The notes: generated from the sequence alone by a model not told the origin. Shown: positions 27,177 to 41,544, counted from the first letter of the stretch. The stretch is 64,000 nt of DNA from Octopus vulgaris (GCA_951406725.2 OX597817.1:115072001-115136000), one strand, 5' to 3'. Numbers and translations are program-made.

Positions 27177-27553
27177 AGCGACTGCCAAAACTGCTTTCAG
27201 CTGACCAAAAAGACACTTGGATTTCAGTTGCACAAGATCTCCTTGATTGTGTTGAGAACGATGAAAGCTTTTTGGTAACTTTGCGTAAGCTTCTGAGGAG
27301 GTATCGCCAAGCATTTGGCAAAATTTGATGCACATTTTTCTGCTCAATTTTCTCTGTTGGTCAATGCAGCAATCACACGTTACGCACCATCCTTCCAAGC
27401 ACCGTTGTAAACGGCGGGAGAGAGCTGGAACGTTAAAACTTTGGGCACATGCACAACAGAGATCAAGATCAATCTGTGCCAAGCGGCTTCACTCTGCATA
27501 CTTTAACTTCGTTACTATGGTAATAGTTCAGATACTTATTGATCACACCAAGC
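27177..27553 (-). mobile_element. Rearranged mariner fragment
   Basis: Minus strand: TIR-like ggtgtgatcaataagtatc and MCIKFCQMLGDTSSEAYAK (N-terminal HTH); plus strand 27180-27280: LPKLLSADQKDTWISVAQDLLDCVENDESFL (WVPxxL linker region). Confidence 0.7.
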
Positions 27554-30500
27554 ATACTCTGCATTCATTATGTATAAAATCGTGCTTTTATACCTTCTGG
27601 GCGTCCCAATTACCCAACAAATTAATGGATATTAACCAGTCACACGGATACACATATTAAATGTATGCATGTTCAAAGTCCATGCATACTGCATTCCCAA
27701 AACTTAATTAAAATTTATGAAAATTAAAATGTCAAAGGGTAAACGTATTAGCAAAAAGGGGTTATTTTATAAATTCTGTATAGCTTTAATTGGACATGTA
27801 TATTTCCGTATATCTTAAAATCATTTGTGTACCTCAGTCAACATATAGACACTTAACTAGTATTATCTCTATTTATGGCCAGCTTAATTTACTTTCTTTA
27901 GCTTAATATTTGTAACTGTACAAATTACAGCGACTAAATTTTATCTTAACACTTTTCCTGCTTATAAATATTTCTGTCCGCTGAACAAAGCGGGCTTAAT
28001 AAAAACTATACGTCGCCAATTATTCAGCAGAACAGCAACATGTTCGTGGCTAATATGTTGCCTGCTAAAAAAGATAACATTTTTCTACAAAGTATAAAAA
28101 TGAGATATCCTCTAAAATGAAATTTAATATCATGTCCCTTGTTTCACTGAAAATTGCAAACAATTGTCATTCAGTTTTTGTTTCCTTTCTCCAACTAAGA
28201 GTCTTATTTCAATTCATTCAGAATTTACCTTACGTAAGCAATTACATAGATCACCGTCTGCTTAATTATCTAAATTCATGCAATTAACCCACCTGAGTAA
28301 CCTTGTTTCAATATTTCTAATAATGAGAACTGCACAGTAGATGATGGAACCATTCTGTATATATATATGGTTAATTAGTAGATCTTCAATGATTAAATAC
28401 CACTAATACATATTACAGTGATTTAAATCACTGGAATAAGCAGCAATTGTATTGTGAAAATGATCAGAGGCTGGATGGCTAGTAGAGCCACGTAAACTTT
28501 CCTCTCGCAGAAAAATTTCCCTTGATATAGATTGGCATCCTCTATTTAGTGGGAAATTTAGCTATGATTTATTTTTATGAATCATTGTGATTTGAAATAT
28601 GGGTTTGGTGTAGTTTACCATCATTGATCGGACGGCTTTTTGTGAAGGAAACAAGGACTAGTTATTAAATTATCACTCAAATTCAAAAAGAGCGCTGACT
28701 TGCATGTGTCATGGATGGGAAGTGAAAGTGGTTGCAATTTAATTGACTGTCTTGTATTTACTCTTATTACCGGCCGAGTTCTAAATCTTCCGCTTGCTTT
28801 TGCCCATCTTTACTCCTAACATATAAACACAAGAATTGGATATTATCTGAAATAAATTCAGTTGACTACACAATATCTTTACCTTGAGAGAATGAAGGAA
28901 ATCAATTGTATTTATCTATTATAAAAAATATTTCCCACTGAGGTTCAGGAAATCTCTGGTGACTTTGTAGATGAATGCATTAACTGTTACTTTTGTCAGG
29001 TTTATAGAAACAACCAAATTTGCACCCAGCGGAATTAGGAATTCTGAAGAAGGCAGATTAGCTCTTTGAAATATAATTACATTCGTATTCTAGGGAGGAA
29101 ATGTGTGCCGTCAAGATTTACAAGACAAATGAAACACTTAGTTGGAATTTACATTAATATTTAATTTTATACTAGTCCTATTGGAGACCGAGAAAGTGCA
29201 TGACGGAGGATGTGAAAATGTTCAAGCGTGACAGTGGCAGAAATGTTATAGCACTGACATGACTAACTCTCACTAACTGGAGATCAATGGTAGCACATCT
29301 GCTTAAGTCTTTGAACCACATGCTACTGATTTAAAAACAACGTATTAGATAATGTAATAGAAATATAAATCCCTTTGGTTGTAGATATGTTGGATGAAGG
29401 CCTGTTTGAAAATAAACAACAAACACAACTACGATACGTACTCTCACTTCTTACATGTATGAGCAATATCTAGTTATTGTTATTTACAGATAACAAGTCC
29501 ATGTTAATGCGAGGTAACTATATGTGTCTCATACATTACACCTTGCTGTTAATAGGGTTTAAGCTACTGATATTTTGTCTTATAGTCCGAAACATTCGTT
29601 TTGAGCTTCTCTCATATATATACAGGAAAGCTGCATAGCATTGATGCGTGGATGCTGACCAGGTCGGACGTTCAGTTCCTGGAATGCATTGTATTCCGTC
29701 TGTTTGAGCAAAGCGAGATATTCCACGTTATTTCAGCTTTGCTGTTTTAGTTTGTTGTATAGTGAACCTTTATATCCTTCCCGGTAAAAAAGGAGTAGGG
29801 ACTACCATTATAAATAGACCACCCCTCAAGAGAGGGTCGAGAGTCGACAGTTCTAGTCGGTGTCTTGTGGAGCTACCAACGATAGTAAGACAGAAATTAG
29901 TGTATTACTAGTCAGGTACAGTTGTAGATATGTACTAACTGGATACCGTGCAGCACTCTCTTCTTCCAAATGTCACATTGTAGATCTTCTGTTGAGTCAA
30001 GGGTGAGAGTAACAAGAACATGTTCATATCTGCTCGTGACTACAAAGGCGCATAAAAGAATTAGCAAAGGTATGCTGCATGTTACCAAGTTATACTCACT
30101 TGCAAGTAAAGACTATCTTTGCAGTATTTTTTCATTCAGCTCCGTTAACGTTATAAAAAAGAACGATAGTCATTATACGTAGTTTCAAAAGAGAGATATA
30201 TTACATATCGTTTCTTATCATTTTGGCAAGTTCCATAATGCTTTGTCTACTGAGATTATCTTTGAAGACTTTGTCCTCATGCAGATTATCAGGGGATGAC
30301 AAAGTATCAAGGGATTACTGTGCAAATTACCAGGTAATTATCAATGATGGCATGTCACCTTGCCAGAATAGTTAATTTTCTAAAATACTTAAAGTGAAGA
30401 GTTGAACTTAGTGTCGTAAATTGACGTTATACTCTCATCAAGTGCACAGTGTTGCAATGTTCTACTTTACTTTAACAAGTCTCAGATACAAAAAACTAAG

Positions 30501-32824
30501 CTGTGAATATTCTGTCATTTTAAAGATATATTGATGTACATTATCTAATGTGTCATTTCTTCTTTTAAGGGATGTGATTTGATGGATATTAACCTTTATT
30601 TCTAGCAGGTGGAGGGACGACGTAGAAACTCCCTTGTTGACTAGGTACTGTAGAATGTTGTTTTACATCAATTAGTTGTTCCTACCACTTAAGCCATTTT
30701 AGAGCTGTCTTCGCTTTAGATATAATACATTTCTGAGGACAAAGTAGTAAAATATTATTAACCGACCATTGTCTGCCTGATTCTATCATGATGGCTAATA
30801 TCATACGATATAACAGTTGTTCGTTTGATTTCAATATGCGCAATTCGGTAGAATATAAAAAAAATATATGCATAGAAATTGTGTTTCGTATTCTCCAATT
30901 CTTATTTCCTTATAAGATCATTCGATCTAGACAGTTTTTTAAAAAGATACTGGCGATCAAAACAAAGCTGGTTAGATGTTTAACATCTTATACATTTACT
31001 ATTTCTCCAGTTATCAATGAAAGAGTGACAGGCGTGATCTTATCAAGACCATAGATATGCTTATAATTTGATATGCTTGCAATTGACTGAAATTTGCAGC
31101 TCCAGAATCTTCAGAATTTAGATATTTTCTTTGAATATCTGATTATTCAGAGAAACTTCTTTTCCTTTCAGACGTCAGCGAGTGTTATTTCTTTTCTGAC
31201 ACATCATCACCTATCTTGTTAGTATTCGAAAAAATCCCAGTCTAGAAACAGATACGATGCTCAATATACTAGAAGCACACATAGTCACACTTATGCGTAA
31301 GCATAAACATATTCCCATATTATGAAACTATACACCCACGGATGCACATACGGAAATACATGCAGATACAAACACACAAACTGAAGAAATGCATACGTAT
31401 GCACAAATACGTGAGCGTACGTACATACGTAGATGAAGTATGTAAATGCAATATAAAACATAGCCCACACATACTTTAACACGATCAGAAACACATACAT
31501 ATGAAAAATAGATTTAATAGCATTAGAAACTTTGAAGTTTCTCAAATTTTTTTTTATCAAAAGGATCATATGTGCAGATTTTTGGTGAGGAAATATATTC
31601 TATTAAGTTGTTATTACTTTTAAAATTTATACCGAGATTTTCTGTTTTAAACTGTCAAATAAACTCTATTAAAATGTATTTATGAGAAAAATATCAGATT
31701 GTTCTTCGAAGACAAAGGAGAAGAATTAAAACAAGTATCTTTGAGGCGATTGCGAAGATGTGTTAAAGAAAGTACTGAACAATTTTAATAATTCACTCTC
31801 AATCTTTGTACCTCTGTGATTCTTTAATTCTCTTTTTCTCTCTCATATCTCCGTGTCTCCACCTCTCTACGTCTTTCCCTCAATCTAATCTATGTGTAAT
31901 TTAACTTAATATCGTTTGATTGTGTTTTAATTAAAATTTATTATCATAAAGACCAAAATAGTATTGTCTAGGATGAAGGCCATAAATTTTGAAGCATATC
32001 TTTATCTCCTTTTGCAGTAAATGTTTTCGAAATCTTCAAATATTTCTCTCTTTCTCACTCTTTCTAGTTTATAATTTTTATTTTTCCACATAATAATTAG
32101 ATGTCTTTTTTACCATTCTATTTGGTTAAATCTGAGAATAGAAGATATACTGATAAATTGAAAATTCTTTAATCAATTCCACGTTATTTAAGAAAAGATT
32201 TAATAAAAAAAAAAACTGAAAACAATCTAGAAAAACAAAGAAACAATACCGTAAAAAGCAACAACATAATAATTTAAGATGGGAAGATTGGTGTGTCACT
32301 AATGTTATGGAATATGTTAGATAGTTGCTTGTGGTTGGTACTGAAAGATTGGAGCTTATAGAAAATACTATTTAACATTAAGCAGTAAGAAGATTTGGAT
32401 GTGAAAATAATATGATTAATGCTGCTTCGCTTATTTGCTCTGTCAATCATATGTCAGCGCCACTATCCATTATTTTCATATGTAAATACATGTAAACACT
32501 ATCATTCTGCATCGTAGGGTCAGTGGAACTGACTAAAACAGTATAGTGGGGACGAAGAGAGTCAATGTTCTTTAATTCAAGTTTTTTTGTAGTCTATATA
32601 TTTGAAACCAGCAGTGGTTTGGTTCGACCTTTCATCATTCTAATATCAGTAAGCTACATACTGCATCTTAATTAACCCTGCTTGTATAGTGTAGTAGAGT
32701 ATACTCAACAAGCAGATGTTTGTTTCGGCTCATCAAGTAGCCTGTTAATCTGTACCACATGCAACATATCTATATCTATATCTAACTATCTACATGTATA
32801 TACATACATACATACATACATACA

Positions 32825-32860
<36 letters not shown>

Positions 32861-32887
32861 CATACATGCATATATATATATATGCAC

Positions 32888-32930
<43 letters not shown>

Positions 32931-33019
32931 CATACATGCATATACATATCGATATACACTCGCGCATACACATAATATCAATATATACACGCGCACAAAC
33001 ATATAAATATCACATTATC

Positions 33020-33242
33020 TATCAGACTTTAAGATGTGGCTGTACACCGCTGGTAACAATGCACTTTGCCGCACTGTTGTAGCCCTTGAATAATGTCACC
33101 CTGCTGGCTAGGCTAACGGACAAACATTCCCCTTGAACAGAACGTCTGAGTAGACTGGAGCAACATGAAATGAAATAGTTTGCTCTGGAAATCGAAACGT
33201 CGACCTTGCAGCCGTGAGTGCAGCACACTGATCAGTAGACCG
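33020..33242 (-). mobile_element. SINE family C-related copy
   Basis: Shares caccctgctggctagg / ggagcaacatgaaatgaa / cgtgagt..cact segments with 40221-40416 and the reverse complement of 1821. Confidence 0.65.
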
Positions 33243-33464
33243 CACATAAATACATATATGTATGTACACACACACACACACAAACGCACACTCAGACACA
33301 TGCACGCGCACACACACACACACACACACATATATGTATATACATATGTATGCGTGTATATTTGTGAATATGTGTGCATGTATATGCTCATATGTTTATC
33401 AATAATTTTTGCATTTGAAGTGAATGTATTAATAAATACAGCGGTGTACAGCCACATCTTAAAG

Positions 33465-33542
<78 letters not shown>

Positions 33543-33719
33543 TATCAAATGAATAATATCAGACGCTGGATAAAGATAGAATCTGGAATTGCAATAGAAA
33601 CAGTCTCTTTGATTTGATCGGAAGATCCACTACCACCACCAAGTATGTATGTATATATGTGTACGTGTGTCTGTACGTTTGTGATTGCACATGTGTGTGC
33701 GCGTGTGTATGTATGCGCG

Positions 33720-34040
33720 TCCTTGATTGTCTCAGAACGTAACAACAGACGAAATACCACTAAGCATTTCGCCCGGCGCTATAACGTTTCTGCCAGCTCG
33801 CCAACTTCCAACAACAACAACAAAAATATAATATTAATAATAATCCTTTCTACTATAGGCATAAAACATGAAGTTTTGTGGATGGGTCAATTACATGAAC
33901 ACCATTGATCGACTTGTACCTATTTCATCGACCACGAAAGGATGAAAATGCAGAGTTAACCTCGACAGAATTTGAACTGAAAAAAATAAATAGCCAAAAG
34001 CTAAGCATTTTGTTATCCTCCGAACCATTCTGCCAATTTG
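33720..34040 (-). mobile_element. Two adjacent SINE family B fragments
   Basis: cagaacgtaa..gacgaaatacc..aagcatttcgcccggcg..gccagctcgcc; tttcatcgaccacgaaaggatgaaa..gttaacctcgacagaatttgaact. Confidence 0.7.
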
Positions 34041-34089
34041 CTGTCTCAATAACAACAGCGATAACAACAACAGCAGCAACAGCAACAAT

Positions 34090-34290
34090 AATACTTGGAT
34101 TTTGCCAGAATAATTGGATACTATAGACCACGTAGCATTATATATAATGTAGAAAATTAGAATGTCTCTTAACAGATGCTACAATTACAAGAAACGAAAC
34201 CATTGCAAAGCAGGAAAGACGTTGAAATATACTGATTTAAAAGAAGATATATGGAATGTAATCATACCAGTTATCGTCGAAGCATTAGTG
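34090..34290 (+). mobile_element. Very decayed Dong/R4-like C-terminal fragment
   Basis: GFCQ..DTIDHV and KTLKYTDLKEDIWNVIIPVIVEAL resemble R4-clade CCHC and EK..KY..L..W..IPVIVGALG motifs. Confidence 0.45.
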
Positions 34291-34611
34291 TTAAATACAA
34301 AAAAAGGCGGGATTGAGAGGGAGGGAGGGAGGGAGACTATTATACCAATTGTAATGATTTGGTCGTTAGGACAGATATGTAAGTGCTTCGAAAGTTCATA
34401 TACCATCAATTATGTCATATTCTTATATTTTCCACCAAAAGAAGTTTAATGAAGCCAGAAGTGAAATCGTGGGTGAAATCGAGGTTTGAACAATTAGAAA
34501 ACGTGTACTCATGAAAAATTTTATGTCGGGTAGGTTTACCTAAATAAATAATTTTCTTCTGTTTTCTGTACACATGCATGGAAAATTTGCATATATATAT
34601 AATCATGATAT

Positions 34612-34818
34612 TCTTTCCTACTCTAGGTATAAGGCTCGAAATTTTTGGGGAGGAGGTCAGTCGATTAGATCGACCTCAGTACGCAATTGGTACATAATTT
34701 ATCGATCCCGAAAGAATGAAAGGCAAAGTCAACTTCGGCAGAATTTGAATTCAGAATGTAAAGACAAACGAAATAATGCTAAGCATTTTGCCCAGCGTTC
34801 TCATGTTTCTACCAGCCT
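34612..34818 (-). mobile_element. SINE family B
   Basis: Reverse complement of the 42826 copy (atcgatcccgaaagaatgaaaggcaaagtcaacttcggcagaatttgaattcagaa). Confidence 0.85.
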
Positions 34819-35109
34819 TATAACAATGATATTCTATGGATCTGATGAGCTGGACTTCTATACCAGTAAAACGTACAATATGTAATTTATAACATATGCT
34901 CTAGTGCAGACATGGAAAATAATTTGTTGTACACTAAGATATGTTATTTTCCTATGATGTTGGCTGCGAAACAATCGTAACCTTATGGATATCAATTGGT
35001 GCAGTACATATATTCATCTCATATCTTCTGAATAGCTTTATATTCTACACACAAGCACACGCGTGCGCACACACACATACACACGCACACACACACACGC
35101 ATACAGATT

Positions 35110-35354
35110 CTTTTATCTTTTAATGGTTTCAGTCATTTGACTGCGTCCATGCTAAAGCACCGCCTTCAGTCGAACAAATCGACCTTTGGACATATTTTTT
35201 TGTAAGCCTAGCACTTATTCTATCGGTCTGTTTGGTCGAACCGCTTAGTTGTCAAGCGATGGTGGAAGGGACAAACACTGACACACAAATACATATATAG
35301 ATTATACATACATTCATACATGCGTACGTATATATATATATGTGTGTATATATG

Positions 35355-35401
<47 letters not shown>

Positions 35402-35574
35402 ATATATATATATACACGACGGGCTTCTTTCAGTTTCCGCCAAGCAAATCGACTCACAAGGCTTTGGTTAGCTTGAGGTTATTGTAGAAGACACTTGTCC
35501 AAGGTGCCACGCAGTGGGACTGAACCCAGAGCCATGTTGGGAAGCGAGCTTTTTACTACACACCAACACCTGCG
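35110..35574 (-). mobile_element. SINE family A, near full length
   Basis: Reverse complement of the 15757 copy including tail and internal (TA)n. Confidence 0.88.
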
Positions 35575-35637
35575 TCTATATATATTATACACTTATTTAT
35601 TGGACTCTTTTTTAGTGGGGGGCAGTAAAACATGAAA

Positions 35638-35800
35638 GAAGTAAAGCTATAAATAATAGCGTGTTAATATTGGCTTAAAACAAAATTTTGGATAAAAAAT
35701 ATCGAAGGCCACCCCTTGGGAGTCGAACCTACATGTCTGTAAGCACCACAGACGTGTATTAATCCAATATTTAATCGCAATTATTTATAGTTTCATCTCC
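35638..35800. mobile_element. Small MITE-like element with ~41 bp imperfect inverted repeats
   Basis: gaagtaaagctataaataatagcgtgttaatattggcttaa versus reverse complement of 35759-35800 (ggagatgaaactataaataattgcgattaaatattggattaa). Confidence 0.6.
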
Positions 35801-36576
35801 TTGGCGATTCATCTTTCTATAAAAGAAATGTTTGCTCCATAATATTTTCTTGAAGATTTTAAATTATATATATATATATATGCATATATTATAAATTTGA
35901 ATATTATATATCTTATATCATATATTACACACACATACGCGTGTACGCACACATACATACACACACGTATACACACATACATACATAAACTGATTTGACT
36001 ATTTACAAACTGCCCTTGTAACTTGCTGCCAATTAAAATTGAATGAAGCGAATGTTTGTGCTTATATGATGTTTTGTGTGAGCGTATGTACTTGAGTCTC
36101 TATGTACGCACGCACACGTTTATGTAGGCTGCAGTGTTTGTACGTTGAATTCTTGAACGATGAAAGAGTTAAATGAAGCAAAAAAATGATAAAAACTAGG
36201 TTTTCTTAAGATACTGTCTCGGAAATCTTTTACAAAACTTTAAAATTTCTTTATTTCTTTATTTCTTGATTTATTCAAATCAAATCATGTTACATGAATA
36301 GCAGGTCAAAAGCTCCAAGTATTATAAGTGTACCTAAAACAGAAGGTTAAAAATATCTGACAAATAATAGTTTGTTGCCAGTTTCATAAAATGGCACAGT
36401 TGTTTTCAAACATTTCTTAATCAATAGAACACATTTGGTCAACTGTCAGGTATTTCATATCTGCGAACAATAGAAAGAGAAAGCAAAGGGAAATATATGT
36501 CAATAAAGATTTCTTACATCAATAATAATGATTTCAATAATAATTTCAATAAGCAACAACGACAACAACAACACTA

Positions 36577-36785
36577 ATCCTTTCTATTATAGGTACAATG
36601 CCTGAAAAATCGTGGGGAGGAGGATAGTCGATTACATCAAACCCATTACACAACTGGTACTTATTTTATCGTCCCCAAAGGATGAAAGGTAAAGTTAATC
36701 TTGGCGAAACTTGAACTCTGAACGTAGACAGACGAAATTCCGTTAGGCATTTTGCTCGATGTGCCAACTATTCTGACAGATCGCC
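36577..36785 (-). mobile_element. SINE family B
   Basis: ctggtacttattttatcgtccccaaaggatgaaaggtaaagtt..ttgaactctgaacgta. Confidence 0.85.
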
Positions 36786-37236
<451 letters not shown>

Positions 37237-37830
37237 GATGGGGAACCTGAAACCAAGCAAGCAAAAGGAATCAAGCAGATTACAAAAAAGAACGGGCAGA
37301 AACAAGTTGAGTGGTGGCGCCAGAAGCCCCTGCATGGACAATACATTCCCCGAAGCCAAAATGCTGATGTAGACCTAGTAACAATTCATCAGCGGCTGAG
37401 GAGTTCTGGATTGAAAGCAAAAACTGCAGGCTTCATACTAGCAGCACAATATTAAAACTTCCTTACTATAAATTACCAGACCAACGTTCTTCAAAACGGT
37501 TCTGCCCCCAACGCAGACTCTGCGATACATCTGACAGAACAATAGACCATCTCGTCCTGTGCTGACACCAAACGAATACAGAAATCGCTACAATATGGTG
37601 GGAGGGTATTTACATCGGAAAATATGTAAACACTACAAAATCGGTATCCCTAATTACTGGTGTGAATATCCTCATGGTAAAAATGTCACCATTTTCTGTG
37701 ATTTTTCAGTCAACACTGACAGAGAGATGCAAGCTAATCGACCAGGCATAATTATAAAATACAGAGAGGAAAATACTTGCAGACTAATAGATGTAAGTGT
37801 TCCATCTGATAAAAATAAATCTGTAAAATA
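37237..37830 (+). mobile_element. Dong/R4-clade non-LTR retrotransposon fragment (CCHC and restriction-like endonuclease region)
   Basis: WRQKPLHGQY..LRSSGLKAKTAGFILAAQ; RLCD..TIDHL; YLHRKIC; CDFSVNTDREMQANRPGIII..CRLIDVSVPSDKN (PD-D/ExK-type); starts directly after (TAA)n. Confidence 0.85.
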
Positions 37831-37899
37831 AATAAATCTGATAATAATAAAAATAAATCTATAAAATCTGTAAAAAGTCAAATATGTTAATAATAATAA

Positions 37900-38510
37900 C
37901 CCTTTACACTATACATACAAGCCTGAAATTGCTGGGGAGAAGACTACTCAATTACATAGACTCTAGTGCACGACAGGTGTCAATTAAATAGACTCTAGTG
38001 CATGACAGGTGTCAATTACATAGACTCTAGTGCACGACAGGTGCCTATTTCCGAATAAGCGAAAGGCAAAGTCGACCTCGGGTAAAGTTGAACTTACAAC
38101 GTTAAGTCGGACGAAATGCCGTTAAGTATGCTGCCCGGCGTGCTAAATGATTATGTCTGCTCGCTGCCTTTTGTATGGTGTTTGATGATAAGATACAAAA
38201 CAGTTCTGTGGGAGAGGACTTAGTCGATATCAACAATCCTTGTTCTTAACTGGTGCTTCATTTTATCGAGTACGAAAAATTGAAACGTGAACTTGATCTC
38301 GGCGGGACTTGAAACCGGGTTTCAGATTCAGGCACAAAACCAATAGTTTTGTGAGGAGAGATATAGTGGGTACCATCGACTTAACTAGCTCGGTATTTCT
38401 GAACATTTTATCGAACCCGAAAGACGAAAGAATGTAAGGCAAAGTTAACATCAGTGGGATTTGAAATACCGCAAAATATTTTACCTGACGCTCTGATGAC
38501 TGCCAATCCA
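37900..38510 (-). mobile_element. Cluster of three SINE family B copies/fragments
   Basis: Repeated gaaaggcaaagtcgacctcg / ttttatcga / ttgaa segments at ~38060, ~38260 and ~38410. Confidence 0.75.
37949..38044 (+). repeat. 32 bp tandem repeat x3 inside a SINE
   Basis: caattacatagactctagtgcacgacaggtgt x3, no spacers. Confidence 0.92.
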
Positions 38511-38699
38511 CCAGTAATTAATTTGATAAGATTGAATATCTTATCGAATTCCTTATTTGGTAAGATTGAATAAAAGTAGAATAAAACAGAGTTTGAAGAA
38601 AACAAATAAAGCATCCCAATAGGCAGAAAGACATTTCTGCACATGTGTCCGTCACATCTGCATGACATTCCAAGAATAGCTTTCTCTCAATCAGTTCCT

Positions 38700-39600
38700 G
38701 CGTGTGATTTATCAACTCCATTTCAATTTTCTGGCGCTAAAATCCTCTAGGACCTGAACAGAAATGCCAGTTCAACGACTCAGAATGCTAGACAGCCCTG
38801 ATTCGACTTTGGTGTTAAGCTGCTGAATCCTCAAACATTCTCTTCGTTAATGCATGATTCTTCTGTTACTATTTTCTATTCTGTCTGTGTAGTTCCGACC
38901 ATCTCGACATCGATTATATTCGACACCATTATAGTGACATTACCCGTGAAGGTCGACATGGCTCTCCCGGACGACACCCTTCGACATCAACGGTTTCCAC
39001 AATGATGGCTAGTGTACTGAAAAGTACTGGTGCACTGAAAGTTTGTGTTATTCGAACGTTCCGATTGGTGATCATTTAAAATGACTTTCACTAAAGCTAT
39101 CTAGCCTTCAAAAACAGGAGAAAAATTGACTGCATTGGAGTTTGTGCACTTTTGGCTACACTAGCAACCTCGTCATGAGCGTCTTGACCAAAAATTTAAA
39201 CGCTTCTTTCAGCTATGCTATGAGGAAAAAAATTGTTAGTGATGTGTTTGCTTGGATAAAGAATAGGAAAATTTGCTTCCGGGTAACTTCTCACACTCAT
39301 CTGGACTAAAATTGCTCGCACCCATTATAACCACTAAAAACCTAAGTATAGATTTGCTTCCTCGTTGAGCCTTTGTTATGCACGCACATCAAATGATATT
39401 TACTCTCTGACATATCAATATATAATCCTAAGCATTTTGACAAGACAACTTTCGTGTTTTGCGCCTGTCGAGTGCCATTTTTGTTGCAAGCAGACAAACT
39501 GCAATGTAATTTCCAATAAACTCTACTAATCTGGTGTCTAGCTTCCGCTGATATTGATATTCATCCTTAATAGTAAGGAAGTCTAATAAAGATAATAAAG
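38700..39600 (+). mobile_element. Possible very old CR1-like LINE endonuclease region
   Basis: Broken frames resembling HDSSVTIFY..FDTI..DINGFHND; higher GC than flanks; motifs heavily eroded. Confidence 0.3.
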
Positions 39601-39842
39601 GTACTTATTTCCTTCTGATTACCTTTGAGATTTATGACACGAGAACTATTGGCAAGAATTTTAATTTGTTATAAATCCATTTATTCACGCATTCTCCTTT
39701 CTAAATATCTTAGCACTAAACTTGACATTTCTACTTATCTTTGCGTGTTTATGCATTCATAAACTAACATAAATATATTCATTATAAGAGCAATATACTA
39801 TCAGGACTCGTCTAGTGATATCTTATATATATAGATATATAG

Positions 39843-39903
<61 letters not shown>

Positions 39904-40220
39904 TGTATGTATGTATGTATGTATGTATGTATGTACGTATGTGTGTGTGTTCTGTGTGTGTGTGTTGTGCGTCTGTATGTATTTCTAGGTATGCTTGAAT
40001 AAAAACAATCAAGCAGGCACACAGACAGAAACATACTGAGGCTTAACGAGTGTATATTTTGGGGTTACATGCAGTCGTGTAGACGAGCGCATACAATTAC
40101 GTACATGAGTAATATATATTACTCAGATATACACTTGTAATCATCAACATTTTCAATGCTTACATATGCACAATTACGTACCCTACACACACACACACAA
40201 ACACACACGCATACACACAA

Positions 40221-40416
40221 ATCATGTGACCGACCAAGCTATCAGATGTTGCCACACATCGCTGTTCACAAGGCACTTTTACATTGTTTTAGCCACCCTG
40301 CTGGCTAGGCGCCCTGGTCAACATTCTCCCCTGTTCGAATGGAGAACTAGAGCACCGCTCAGTCAAGGAATCGTATCCAAGTTCTAGCGATCGTGAGTAT
40401 AGCAGCCTAACCACTA
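40221..40416 (-). mobile_element. SINE family C-related copy
   Basis: Minus-strand head tagtggttaggctgctatactcacgatcgc matches the 1821 head; body shared with 33020. Confidence 0.65.
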
Positions 40417-40559
40417 TGTACATATCAGAGGAAATCCTTTTTGAAATCTTGTAGGAGCAACATATGATATTCACCTAAGAAGAAATTAAGGAAAAGATTA
40501 TCCAAGAGTGCGTCACATTTTTATCATATTCAGTGACTTTATAAGTGCTTTCAATATGG

Positions 40560-41230
40560 TAGAAACAGAAAGCTCAAGAGCTGTGCTCAAATGATACGCG
40601 TGTCTGGTCAAATTTGTGTTGGCAAGTAGTTTCTGAATGGTATATCTTCCACGATCTCTACTGGGGACGACAGTTTAACCTTCTTTCCAACCTTCTTTCA
40701 GTATTATTTCTTGTTGCCGTATTTCAAAAGATTAGTTGTGAACTGACGGACAGATGCACATAAAGCGGATAAGTGTTTCTTTATTCAATCTAAGCTAAAT
40801 ATCATGCGGAAGTGTCGTGATATACGTATATACGAACTCCTTGCTAATATCTCAGCCTCATTTGCAATGAGTAGAGACACTAGCATGGGCATCATAACTA
40901 GAAAAGTACTGACTACTACTAGCAGCTTCCACATTAATAGCAACACCGATAGGATCTGTGATGGAGGTAGAAACATAAAGTCAATTCAAACAGCCTTTGA
41001 ATGTTGTATGCATTCATAACTAACATAAATATATCATTCAGACACTTGCTGAACAGCAAAGAAAGAAACGAGTATATTCTATGCACACTGAATGTTAGAG
41101 CAACAACATCTTCAGAGTAAGAGAGCTACTGTGCAGGTACTCTGAGAATATGTGACCCTAAGGAAGCTGGACTGGCCTACCTAAACAGACGCTTGGAGGG
41201 GAAGCAGGTATCATACCAAACAAAGAGTAA
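40560..41230 (+). mobile_element. Possible highly decayed RTE-like RT region
   Basis: Fragments resembling G.RQ...PT.FS, LFNLS, IRIYELL, AF..; low identity. Confidence 0.35.
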
Positions 41231-41544
41231 TGCATGGATATATAACTAGTAAGCTAGAGGATAACAACAACATTGACAAAAAGAAGTGTCAATATTATAT
41301 AAAGCTTACATTTTCTGCATTCCACACGAATGTATATGCATGTATGTATGTAAATAACACTTTCTCTCGGCCTAATTCCTTACTATCAACGATGGTACCT
41401 CCTGGATGCAAAACGATATTTCTAGACGCGAACTACAGATGCACACACTTATGTATAGGTTCATACATATATGTTTATAGGAACATATGCATATGCATAG
41501 TCATGTGTGGGCGAGCGCGTACACCCACACGTATGTATATATAA

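Noticed and set aside
29044-29076. CTGAAGA...GAAA as a hammerhead (also 8219-8232 minus and 59249-59280)
   Set aside because: No convincing stem II or stem I
29780-29915. TATAAATAG plus hairpin as a solo LTR or promoter
   Set aside because: No TG..CA ends, TSD or second copy identified
30251-30273. tgagattatctttgaagact resembles bantam miRNA
   Set aside because: Seed mismatch (GAGAUUA versus GAGAUCA) and wrong position in the hairpin
37949-38044. 32 bp x3 repeat as a CRISPR array
   Set aside because: No spacers, lies within a SINE, eukaryotic context, no cas genes
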